Positions 55,577-64,000 of a stretch of DNA of 64,000 nt are shown here, one piece after another. Source of the stretch: an uncultured Verrucomicrobiae bacterium (lineage in GTDB: Bacteria > Verrucomicrobiota > Verrucomicrobiia > Chthoniobacterales > UBA10450); NCBI GenBank assembly GCA_963735805.1, contig CAVTMK010000003.1, forward strand, positions 320,001 to 384,000, read 5' to 3'. The notes beneath the pieces are model-generated. The model did not search any database, was not told the origin of the DNA, and was given only the letters and a program-made list of their open reading frames with translations. The position numbers and the translations under genes are program-made. How positions within the stretch are numbered: position 1 is the stretch's first letter; every line of letters begins with the position of its first letter.

Positions 55577-55608
55577 AACTCAATCCGCGGCGTTACGTAG
55601 AATTTATA

Positions 55609-56904
55609 CTAGTCAAGTCCCAAAGCCTTGAAGGTCGAATCGACGTGTTTGAAGTGAATGTCGAGCGAGCAAAGGCGATCGATCTCCGCTGGTGAAAGTT
55701 TCGCTACGATCTCTGGTTCGCGCTTTGCGTTTTCGGCGAATGTTCCCTCCCCTTTCCAGGTCTTCATCGCAGCGCGTTGCACCGCTTCGTACGCAGTTTT
55801 GCGGACCGCACCAGCGCTCGTGAGAGCGAGCAGGATCGATTGGCTGAAATAAAGACCCTTCGTTAAAGCGAGATTTTGCCCCATTCGGTCCGGATAAACC
55901 TGTAGCTTTTCGACAACATCACGCAATTTCGTCAGCATGTAGTCAAGCAGGATGCATGAGTCCGGCAGAATGATTCGCTCGGCGCTGGAATGGCTGATAT
56001 CGCGTTCGTGCCAGAGCGCTACATTTTCCAACGCCACCACGGCGTTCCCGCGAATAACACGCGCCAATCCGCTTAACCGCTCGTTGGTAATGGGATTGCG
56101 TTTGTGCGGCATCGCCGAGCTGCCTTTCTGGCCTTCACCAAAAAATTCTTCAACTTCAAGCACTTCAGTCCGCTGCAGATGACGAAATTCGGTCGCCCAG
56201 CGGTCGATGCTTGAGGCGATTACGGCCAGCATGGTCATGAATTCCGCGTGTCGATCCCGCTGCACGATCTGGGTAGAAAGGGTGGCGGGCTTCAGTCCAA
56301 GCTTCTGGCATACCGCTCGTTCAATCCTCGGATCGATATGCGCGTGCGTCCCGACTGCTCCGCTTATTTTGCCGACACGAATCCGCTCCCGCGTTTGTGT
56401 TAAACGTTCCTCCGCACGGCCGAATTCGTCATACATTAAAGCAAGCTTTAGGCCGAACGTGATTGGTTCGGCATGAATGCCATGGCTTCGCCCTATCATG
56501 GGCGTCATTTTGAACCGTCGCGCCTGTTGCGCGATTACTGCCCTCAACGTTTTTAGATCGGCAAACAGAATGTCACACGACTCGTTTAACTGTACGGCCA
56601 GCGTGGTATCCAAAATGTCCGACGACGTGAGCCCCTGGTGAATCCAGCGCGCTGCAGGCCCGACCGAGCCCGCGACGTTTTCGAGAAAAGCAATCACGTC
56701 GTGATTGGTGCGCTTTTCGATCTCGAGGATTTCTGGAATGGAAAAACGCGCGCGCTTCCGGATCTCCGCGGCATCTTCCGTGGGAATCTGGCCGAGCTTC
56801 GCCATCGCCTCGCAGGCGAGAACCTCAATATCCAGCCAAATCTGAAACTTGCGCTCGTCCGACCAGATTTTGCTCATCTCTGGCCGGGAATATCGATCGA
56901 TCAC
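55609..56904 (-). CDS. purB: Adenylosuccinate lyase
   Basis: HDV.AF, GRSHG.HAEP and SSAMPHKRNP motifs. Confidence 0.97.
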   Translation of the reverse strand: MIDRYSRPEMSKIWSDERKFQIWLDIEVLACEAMAKLGQIPTEDAAEIRKRARFSIPEILEIEKRTNHDVIAFLENVAGSVGPAARWIHQGLTSSDILDTTLAVQLNESCDILFADLKTLRAVIAQQARRFKMTPMIGRSHGIHAEPITFGLKLALMYDEFGRAEERLTQTRERIRVGKISGAVGTHAHIDPRIERAVCQKLGLKPATLSTQIVQRDRHAEFMTMLAVIASSIDRWATEFRHLQRTEVLEVEEFFGEGQKGSSAMPHKRNPITNERLSGLARVIRGNAVVALENVALWHERDISHSSAERIILPDSCILLDYMLTKLRDVVEKLQVYPDRMGQNLALTKGLYFSQSILLALTSAGAVRKTAYEAVQRAAMKTWKGEGTFAENAKREPEIVAKLSPAEIDRLCSLDIHFKHVDSTFKALGLD

Positions 56905-57167
56905 TCGCGAAACATAAAGCAGCCGGCGTGACGGAAAAGCGTTTTGTTTTCAATAACTACCGGGACTTCCAGACGGTGAGCTTAGAAAACAAAAGCGCTC
57001 CCAAAGCACCGTACTCCAAAAAGCAGCGACGTGGGGGCGTGAAAATTCCGGCAACTTCAAAATGCGGCGGTATTCCGTCGCTTTTCGCCGCAAGAAGCAG
57101 GCGAAAAAAAACGTTGCTCCGACTTTCATTTATCGGAGCGACCTCAGAAATGCTAACGATCCCTGAT

Positions 57168-57356
57168 TTAACAAACCCGGGCGCGCAAGAAGCGTCCATT
57201 GTCTTGCAGACGCACTTGACCGCTGGCGAAAAGGTCCGCGACGGTCGCAACCGTCTCTCTGTTATTGCTTGTACAGGAACTGACCGCCAGAATGAGGTCA
57301 CCGAGCGATAAACCCGAAAATTTTCGTGCCTTTAGTATTTGCCGATTTCTTTTCAT
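57168..57356 (-). CDS. Small basic hypothetical protein (62 aa)
   Basis: MKRNRQ...LSLGDLILAVSS...ETVATVADLFASG; GAAGG upstream. Confidence 0.6.
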   Translation of the reverse strand: MKRNRQILKARKFSGLSLGDLILAVSSCTSNNRETVATVADLFASGQVRLQDNGRFLRARVC

Positions 57357-57613
57357 ACGATTGCCTTCATTTGAGGAAGCAATTTCAATACCATCTCCAG
57401 TTGTGAATATCTCATCCATATGCCCTATGCAGTTATTCATCTCTTATGCACTTTAGAACTGACCGTGTGCCGACACTTTTGTTCAATTTTAAAACACAAA
57501 ACCTTGTGGCGGTTCTCCCGGGCAGGGCTGCATTTAGTTAAAGCAAAGACGTTTCTCGGCCGTTCAGGGCGACACGACAATGTTGAATCGACCGCCGCCT
57601 CGTCCTTTATTAC

Positions 57614-58243
57614 TTAGGACGTACGCCGCCCTTCCGCCGTCAGCCGCATCACGACAAAATACAGAGCGCACAACACCAGTACGGCGGCAACGATCAGATG
57701 TGATTTCGCTTTCAAAGCGAGGGCCATCCCCGCCGGATCACGCAACATCTCTGGCGTGATTGCCGTCTGTCCAAACCAAGCCAGCACCCCGCACCAGATC
57801 GCCGAACCGAGAATCGTCATTACGCTAAAAGTCGTGAACCTCATGCGAATGATTCCCGCTGGGATAGAGATGAGATGTCGGATGACTGGCAGCATCCGTG
57901 CAAAAAAGATCCCGCCCGCCTCGTAACGACGCAGCCAATGCTCGGCTCGTGTTAATTTCGCTTCGCTGATCATGAAAAAGCGGCCCCATTTCACGATGAC
58001 GATGCGCCCCAGCCAAAGTGAAACCCAGTAAGTCACGCTTGCCCCCAGCCACGAACCAAACGTGCCCGCCGCGATAACTCCCCACACATTGAATCTTCCC
58101 TGTGTGGCAAGAAAAGCAGCCGGCGGAATGACGATTTCGCTTGGGACCGGAAAGATCGAACTTTCCATCGCCATGAGCAGGATGATGCCGGGATAACCCC
58201 ATTCCTGAACCCAGCCGAACCAGACTTGTAGAAGATGATGCAT
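57614..58243 (-). CDS. DedA family membrane protein
   Basis: MESS.FP.PSE and FFAR.LP.IR..IS.PAG; start chosen at MHHLL. Confidence 0.92.
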   Translation of the reverse strand: MHHLLQVWFGWVQEWGYPGIILLMAMESSIFPVPSEIVIPPAAFLATQGRFNVWGVIAAGTFGSWLGASVTYWVSLWLGRIVIVKWGRFFMISEAKLTRAEHWLRRYEAGGIFFARMLPVIRHLISIPAGIIRMRFTTFSVMTILGSAIWCGVLAWFGQTAITPEMLRDPAGMALALKAKSHLIVAAVLVLCALYFVVMRLTAEGRRTS

Positions 58244-58245
58244 AT

Positions 58246-58279
58246 TGTCATTCCGAGCGAAGTCGAGGATTCTCTCGAT
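58246..58279. repeat. Probable single REP-like unit
   Basis: TGTCATTCCGAGCGAAGTCGAGGATTCTC resembles a GTCAT-type palindromic repeat; one copy in this window. Confidence 0.45.
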
Positions 58280-58344
58280 GTCGAACCGCAATAAAGTTCG
58301 CCCTAGTTCAGTCTAAAAACGAAAATCTGCAATCCCAAATTGAG

Positions 58345-60099
58345 ATGTCGATCTACCGGCGCGTTCTCCGTTACTACCGACCGTTCCTCGGGCAAACGAT
58401 CTTTGGATTGTTTTTGTCTCTCGTCGGCGTTGGCCTCAACCTACTCAAGCCGTGGCCGTTTAAGTTGATCGTGGACGATTTCCTTCGTCCGGGTCCGGCT
58501 GCGCGCAGCGACTGGCGGTTGTGGATCCCGCTGCTCTGTCTGGGTCTGATTTTAATCCAGCTTTTTTGGGGAATGATGAATTGGGTAACAAACTATCTCT
58601 TTGTGAAAATCGGCCTGCAGGCGTTGCTTAAATTGCGCACAGATCTCTATTCATGCTTGCAATCTCTCTCGCTCAAATTTCACGATGCGCGCCGTTCGAG
58701 CGATTCCAGCTTCCGCGTCGCGTACGATTCGCAATCAATCCAGACAATCTACAACAAAGGGTTCACCAATATCTTTGCATCAGTGATCACGTTGATTGGA
58801 ACGTTCCTTATCATGCTACGCCTGGACTGGCAGCTAACCCTGGTCTCCCTGGCAATCGTGCCTCTGGTTGTCGGGGCGATTTACCTTTTCGCACATCGGA
58901 TTCGTCGTGAATCAACCTCCATCCAGGAACGGGAAAGCGCAGTTCTCGCGCAGGCGCAGGAAGGTCTGAGTTCGATTCGAATGGTCCACGCATTTGGACG
59001 GGAGGAATTCGAAGTCCTCCAATTCCAACAACAGGCCCGGCAAAGTTTACAAGCCAATCTGCGGCTCACTTTGACAAACATTAATAGCGCGTTGGTAATC
59101 AGCACACTGATGGTAGTTGGCACAGCCGCGATGTATTACATCGGGTCGGTGCACGTTCTTAACGGGACGCTCACGCTCGGATCGTTGCTAGTTTTCAGTG
59201 CCTATTTGTTAATGCTTTACCAGCCGCTTGAGTCTCTCACCTATACCACCTGGGCAATGGAAGGCGCTACCGCAGGCGCAAAACGATGTTTCGAAGTGCT
59301 CGACCGGGAGGATGATGTGCGCGATTCGCCGAATGCAGTTGCCATTTCGTCCGCCAAAGGCGCGATCGCATTTCAATCCGTGAACTTTGGTTACGCGGGT
59401 GATCGGCACGTCTTGCGTGACATCGATCTGCGCATTGAGCCAAATCAGATTGTCGGCCTTGTGGGTGGCACCGGCGCAGGCAAGAGCACGTTGATGAGTC
59501 TGGTGCCGCGCTTTTACGATCCTTCCACGGGTTTCGTTATGCTCGATGACCGTGACGTGCGGGAAATCACAAAAAAAAGTTTGCGGTCACAGATCGCGAT
59601 TGTCTTACAGGACACATTACTTTTCTCCACGACCGTACGAGAAAACATTGCTTACGGCCGACCCGATGCGACGGAAGAAGAAATTATCGAGGCCGCTCGT
59701 CGGGCGCAGGCAGACGAATTTATTCAGCAAATGCCTGATGGTTATGGGAGCACCGTGGGCGAACGAGGCGGACACTTAAGCGTCGGCCAGCGACAGCGCA
59801 TTGGTATCGCCCGCGCATTCTTAAAGAACGCGCCGGTCTTGCTACTGGACGAACCGACATCGGCTCTGGATCCCACGACTGAAGCGGCGATCATGGAAAC
59901 GATTCAGGAATTAATGCGCGGCCGCACGACTTTAATCGCGACGCATCGGCTGGCGACGATCCACGGTCTCGATCAAATCATTGTGCTAGAACACGGTCGC
60001 GTCGTCGAAAAAGGGCGTGGCCCGGAGCTGATCGCCCGCGGCGGGATTTACGCAAAACTATATGCCTCGGGGAAATTCCCGACGGAGGTAGCGCATTGA
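58345..60099 (+). CDS. MsbA-like ABC exporter (TMD plus NBD)
   Basis: TM helices, GGTGAGKST, LSVGQRQR, DEPTSALD and THRL. Confidence 0.94.
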   Translation: MSIYRRVLRYYRPFLGQTIFGLFLSLVGVGLNLLKPWPFKLIVDDFLRPGPAARSDWRLWIPLLCLGLILIQLFWGMMNWVTNYLFVKIGLQALLKLRTDLYSCLQSLSLKFHDARRSSDSSFRVAYDSQSIQTIYNKGFTNIFASVITLIGTFLIMLRLDWQLTLVSLAIVPLVVGAIYLFAHRIRRESTSIQERESAVLAQAQEGLSSIRMVHAFGREEFEVLQFQQQARQSLQANLRLTLTNINSALVISTLMVVGTAAMYYIGSVHVLNGTLTLGSLLVFSAYLLMLYQPLESLTYTTWAMEGATAGAKRCFEVLDREDDVRDSPNAVAISSAKGAIAFQSVNFGYAGDRHVLRDIDLRIEPNQIVGLVGGTGAGKSTLMSLVPRFYDPSTGFVMLDDRDVREITKKSLRSQIAIVLQDTLLFSTTVRENIAYGRPDATEEEIIEAARRAQADEFIQQMPDGYGSTVGERGGHLSVGQRQRIGIARAFLKNAPVLLLDEPTSALDPTTEAAIMETIQELMRGRTTLIATHRLATIHGLDQIIVLEHGRVVEKGRGPELIARGGIYAKLYASGKFPTEVAH

Positions 60100-60686
60100 G
60101 CAACGTTAAAGAAGATCGTTACGTCGAAGGCGACTGGTGGCCGGATCCGATTCCGCCGAATGTCGACTTTAGCGAGGGATTCTATTGCGAGAGCGCGCAA
60201 ATCTTCCGTAAGCTTCGGAACAAAGAATCAGGCGCCGTCATTATCGGCAAGCATGTTTCGTGTTATGCAGGCTGTTCGTTTTCTGTCGGCATGAAGGGTC
60301 ATTGCAGAATTGGCGATTTCACGCTGCTCAACGGCGCGCTGATTATGGCCGATGAGAAGATCGAGATCGGCTCGTACTGTCTGGTTTCGTGGAACGTTGG
60401 CATCGCGGACTCCGATTTTCATCCACTCGAACCGGCTCAACGTCTCATTGACGCCCAAGCCCTGGCGCCCTATTTCAAAAATCGGCCCGCGCGTCCCAAA
60501 TTGAAGACTGCCCCTGTGAAAATCGGTAACAACGTCTGGATCGGTATGAATGCGGTGATTCTGAAAGGTGTGATAGTAGGCGAAAATTCGGTTATCGCAG
60601 CTGGATCCGTGGTCACCAAAAGCGTTGAGCCGAACACGGTGGTTGCCGGAAATCCGGCCGTGGTAGTAAAACGGTTTAAAGAATGA
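60096..60686 (+). CDS. Hexapeptide-repeat acyltransferase
   Basis: DSDFH, IGNNVWIG and VAGNPA; TTG start with GGAGGT RBS. Confidence 0.9.
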   Translation: MSNVKEDRYVEGDWWPDPIPPNVDFSEGFYCESAQIFRKLRNKESGAVIIGKHVSCYAGCSFSVGMKGHCRIGDFTLLNGALIMADEKIEIGSYCLVSWNVGIADSDFHPLEPAQRLIDAQALAPYFKNRPARPKLKTAPVKIGNNVWIGMNAVILKGVIVGENSVIAAGSVVTKSVEPNTVVAGNPAVVVKRFKE

Positions 60687-60693
60687 TTCGTCT

Positions 60694-60790
60694 TAACGCC
60701 CACAGCTAAACGGCCAACTCCGAAACGCTTCGAGAACAGACAACTCAACGCTCAATGCGGACAATTGCACATCGAATGTCGGAAGTTGGA
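60694..60790. repeat. Degenerate 7-mer (AACGCYC-like) intergenic tract
   Basis: AACGCCC, AACGGCC, AACTCCG, AACGCTT, AACGCTC units. Confidence 0.5.
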
Positions 60791-60810
60791 TGGCGGACAT
60801 TTTCGCTTCG

Positions 60811-61983
60811 ATGAAATCGAAGCGCATTGTGGTGATGGGCTTCATGGGTTCAATGCCCATCGCAGGCGTCATCTGGCAGCACATTCATTACATAGTGGGG
60901 CTGCAACGACTTGGTCACGACGTTTATTATATCGAAGATTCCGCCCGCATTCCATACAACCCGGAGACATTTGAAGTCACCAACGAATTCGATTACACGG
61001 GCAAACTCTTGAATCGACTATCCAGGGAATTCGAATTCAGAAATCGCTGGGCGTTTTGCGCACGGTATTTACCTGGGCACCCGACTGCCGGCCTGTCATT
61101 AAAGAAAATTCGACAACTCTATCGCGAAGCGGACGCCATCCTGAACATCTGCGGCACCCAAGAGTTTAACGACGACCTGCTCTCTTCGGATCGCATTCTC
61201 TATATCGAAAGCGATCCAGGCGTCGAACAAATCAAGATCGACAAAGGTGTGAAATCGACAAAACAATATCTGCGACGACATCATGCACTCTTCACCTTTG
61301 GTGAAAACATCGGCACGAAAAGCTTTCCGGTCCCCACGCACGGATTGAAATGGTTGTCTACGCGACAACCGGTGGTGACCGATTTTTGGCGAACAAGGGG
61401 CTCCCCTTCTCGTGTAGCGGTGTTCACCTCCGTAGCCAACTGGTCCACCAGCGGTTTGAAAGATATTTTGTGGCACGGCAAGAAATATCTCTGGAGCAAA
61501 TCGCGCGAGTTTCTTCGGTTCATCGAGGCGCCGAAGAAAGCACGCGAAACATTTGAACTGGCAACTAACATCGAGCACAGAACTACCCGCGCAAAATTTG
61601 AGCGAAACGGCTGGCGGCTCACCTCGCCCCTGCAAATGAGCGTCGATTACTGGCTATATCGAGATTACGTCCAACGCTCCAAAGGCGAGTTCACCGTCGC
61701 AAAGGACCAATACGTGCGGCTAAACACCGGCTGGTTTAGCGACAGGAGTGCGTGTTATCTGGCAGCAGGCCGACCAGTCATAATGCAGGAAACCGGCTTT
61801 ACCAAATTCTACGGCGGCGACGCAGGCCTCTTGTCTTTTCGAACCCTGGATGAAATTGTCGAAGCCGTGAATCGAATCAATGCCGATTACACAAAGCACT
61901 CCCGAGCTGCTTATGCCCTGGCTCGCGAAGTATTCGAGGCAAAAACAGTGACGAAATCGATTCTCGACCGAGCCGGAGTTTAA
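60811..61983 (+). CDS. Glycosyltransferase-like protein (GT-B)
   Basis: GL.RLGHDV.Y.ED, S.GEF.VAK..YV and WFSDRSACYLA.GRPV..Q.TGF. Confidence 0.75.
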   Translation: MKSKRIVVMGFMGSMPIAGVIWQHIHYIVGLQRLGHDVYYIEDSARIPYNPETFEVTNEFDYTGKLLNRLSREFEFRNRWAFCARYLPGHPTAGLSLKKIRQLYREADAILNICGTQEFNDDLLSSDRILYIESDPGVEQIKIDKGVKSTKQYLRRHHALFTFGENIGTKSFPVPTHGLKWLSTRQPVVTDFWRTRGSPSRVAVFTSVANWSTSGLKDILWHGKKYLWSKSREFLRFIEAPKKARETFELATNIEHRTTRAKFERNGWRLTSPLQMSVDYWLYRDYVQRSKGEFTVAKDQYVRLNTGWFSDRSACYLAAGRPVIMQETGFTKFYGGDAGLLSFRTLDEIVEAVNRINADYTKHSRAAYALAREVFEAKTVTKSILDRAGV

Positions 61984-62126
61984 ATAGTGTAAACTCTTTT
62001 TGTCCATCAGAGATTTGAACGTAGACAGCGCCTATCGTGTCTGTTGTGTCCGAAAAGGCCACTTGTTAATGTAAATCCGAATCTTGATTTTCGAGTACGC
62101 TATTTAAGTTTGCAGCCTTTTCGCCC

Positions 62127-63740
62127 ATGAAGCGTATCCTTATTCTTATTTGCGCCAGCTTGCTGCTTGTACCAGTTTTGGACGCACAGCAAAGCACGCC
62201 GGCACATCCCCCGATGGAACCGCAAGGCCCACAGCGCCTGGGTCCATGGAGATCGAGTCCCCCTGCACAAGAGGCAATTCCAGTCCCGGTTCCGATTGCG
62301 CCGCCAAAGCCAAACGGACCGGTCCAAAAGAGTCTGGTCCGGATTACTGCCACCTCGTTAGAACCGGACTACAAAGCGCCCTGGAACGTCGGAGCCCTTG
62401 AGCGCGGCGTTGGGGCTGGCTTCGTCATAAGCGGCAATCGCATCATGACAAATGCGCACGTAGTTGCCAACAGCCGCTATCTCACCGTAGAGCGCGATGG
62501 CGATCCCAACAAATATCCCGCGAAAGTTCAATTCATCGCGAATGACTGCGATCTAGCGGTGATCACTGTGCCAGCCCCGGACTTTTTCAAAAACATGTTG
62601 GCTTTACAACTTGGCGGAATTCCTGCCTTGGAATCGACGGTCTCGGCGTACGGTTATCCAATTGGAGGTGAACGGATGTCGGTTACGACAGGGATCGTGT
62701 CTCGAGTTGATTTCCAGCTCTATACGCATTCATCGATCGATCAGCATCTGGCAATCCAGATCAGCGCGCAGATCAATCCGGGAAACAGCGGCGGGCCGGT
62801 GATGCAAGACGGCAAAGTGGTCGGCGTCGCCTTTCAAGGCTACAGCGGTGATGTGGCTCAAGGAGTGGCCTACATGATTCCCACACCGGTGATAAAGCGG
62901 TTTCTGAAGGACATCAGCAACGGGCATTATGACGAGTACCCCGACCTCGCAATCACTTATGCGAAGTTACAAAATCCAGCCCAACGACGATTTCTCGGGT
63001 TGAAAGATGACGACCGCGGCGTCCTGGTGAGCTCCGTTGTCGCGGCCGGACCATCCGATGGGATTCTTCATCCGGGTGACGTTCTTCTCGCTATCGACGG
63101 TCATCCCATTGCCAGCGACGCGAACGTCGAACTGGATGGCGAACGCGCACAGTTTGAGGAAGTCGTCGAGCGAAAGTTCAAGGGTGATTCGGTCAAACTG
63201 GACATCTCGCGCAACAAGCAGCCAATGACAGTGACAATCAAGCTGTACAAACCATGGCCTTATTCGGTCCAGGGTCACAGCTATGACGTGCGGCCGCGTT
63301 ATGTCCTTTATGGCGGTCTACTCTTTCAACCGTTAAACCTGGACATGCTGGAGGCGTATCGGTCAGCAGACTTACGAGTGCGTCATTTCTTCGAATACTT
63401 CGTTCTCGACCAGCTTTATCTTCAGCATCCCGATGTCATTGTACTGGCAAATATCCTGCCGGACCCCATTAACACCTATCTGGCCCCGTACCGCGGTGGG
63501 ATTGTGGATGAAGTAAATGGCAAGAAAATTCGGACTCTTGACGAATTGGCGAGTGCTTTGGCCGAATCGCCGGAGCGATTAGTTATCCGAATGATTGGCG
63601 ACGGCCCCCCGCTAGTCCTTAATCGAAGTCAGGTAGAAGCTGCACGCGAACGAATCAAGACACGCTACAATGTACTGAAGGAGCAAAACCTTGAGGAACA
63701 GCCCGCCTCAAAAGCAAGCGAACAAGCAAACAAGACCTAA
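62127..63740 (+). CDS. Secreted Deg/HtrA serine protease with PDZ domains (Deg2/Deg9-like)
   Basis: Catalytic triad TNAHVV / CDLA / INPGNSGGP; PDZ motifs (GDVLLAIDG, VDEVNG); Y..YGGL.FQPL. Confidence 0.93.
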   Translation: MKRILILICASLLLVPVLDAQQSTPAHPPMEPQGPQRLGPWRSSPPAQEAIPVPVPIAPPKPNGPVQKSLVRITATSLEPDYKAPWNVGALERGVGAGFVISGNRIMTNAHVVANSRYLTVERDGDPNKYPAKVQFIANDCDLAVITVPAPDFFKNMLALQLGGIPALESTVSAYGYPIGGERMSVTTGIVSRVDFQLYTHSSIDQHLAIQISAQINPGNSGGPVMQDGKVVGVAFQGYSGDVAQGVAYMIPTPVIKRFLKDISNGHYDEYPDLAITYAKLQNPAQRRFLGLKDDDRGVLVSSVVAAGPSDGILHPGDVLLAIDGHPIASDANVELDGERAQFEEVVERKFKGDSVKLDISRNKQPMTVTIKLYKPWPYSVQGHSYDVRPRYVLYGGLLFQPLNLDMLEAYRSADLRVRHFFEYFVLDQLYLQHPDVIVLANILPDPINTYLAPYRGGIVDEVNGKKIRTLDELASALAESPERLVIRMIGDGPPLVLNRSQVEAARERIKTRYNVLKEQNLEEQPASKASEQANKT

Positions 63741-63742
63741 AG

Positions 63743-64000
63743 ATGATCAAGCATTCTCTTATCGCCTTTGGGCTCGTCGTTGTAGCAGCTAGTGGTGCGC
63801 TGGGGAAAAAGGAATCGGCAGTACCTTCTGCATTAAATAAGCAAAAACAGCTGGCACTTGTTCGGGTAAACGTGACCGGACAATCCTATGATTACTTTAG
63901 GCCCTGGCAAAAGAAGGCTCCATTTTCAAAGCGCGCACTCGGCGCGGTTTTATCCAAAGGCCGCGTCCTTGTGACAGCGGACCTGGTTGCAAACCAAAAT
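63743..64000 (+). CDS. Deg-like paralog, 5' part only (runs off the window)
   Basis: Manual translation MIKHSLIAFGLVVVAASGALG...LVRVNVTGQSYDYFRPW...GAVLSKGRVLVTADLVANQN aligns with the upstream protease; no stop before the window end. Confidence 0.85.
   Translation, partial: MIKHSLIAFGLVVVAASGALGKKESAVPSALNKQKQLALVRVNVTGQSYDYFRPWQKKAPFSKRALGAVLSKGRVLVTADLVANQN

Noticed and set aside
56928..57311. ORFs 56928..57311 (+) and 56957..57301 (-)
   Set aside because: They run through degenerate repeat or hairpin sequence and overlap the more plausible 62-aa ORF

Overview
A gene-dense, moderately GC-rich bacterial chromosome segment. Gene content and repeat style suggest a soil Verrucomicrobiota (Chthoniobacterales-like) genome, but that is inference. 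Most of it is housekeeping: thiC under a TPP riboswitch, mntH/mntR, rpsN, ku, cysD-cysNC, an isolated nuoBC, phoH, heptose/Kdo genes, pyrG, tsaC, purE, aroK, queG, a MacAB-like transporter and purB. I saw no rRNA, tRNA, CRISPR array, integrase or transposase. Highlights: (1) an ECF sigma / Ser-Thr kinase / secreted-protein cassette bracketed by ~183-bp direct repeats made of the 3' end of a MazF/PemK toxin gene, whose 39-aa antitoxin is missing from the ORF track; (2) REP-like palindromes and 7-bp tandem repeats sitting in frame inside coding genes (thiC three times, egtB, kdsB, an ABC binding protein); (3) an egtB-egtD ergothioneine operon joined to a betaine-family ABC importer; (4) a Deg/HtrA protease followed by a paralog whose catalytic His appears replaced by Asp; (5) several apparently leaderless promoters. 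All alignments were done by eye and no database was searched.
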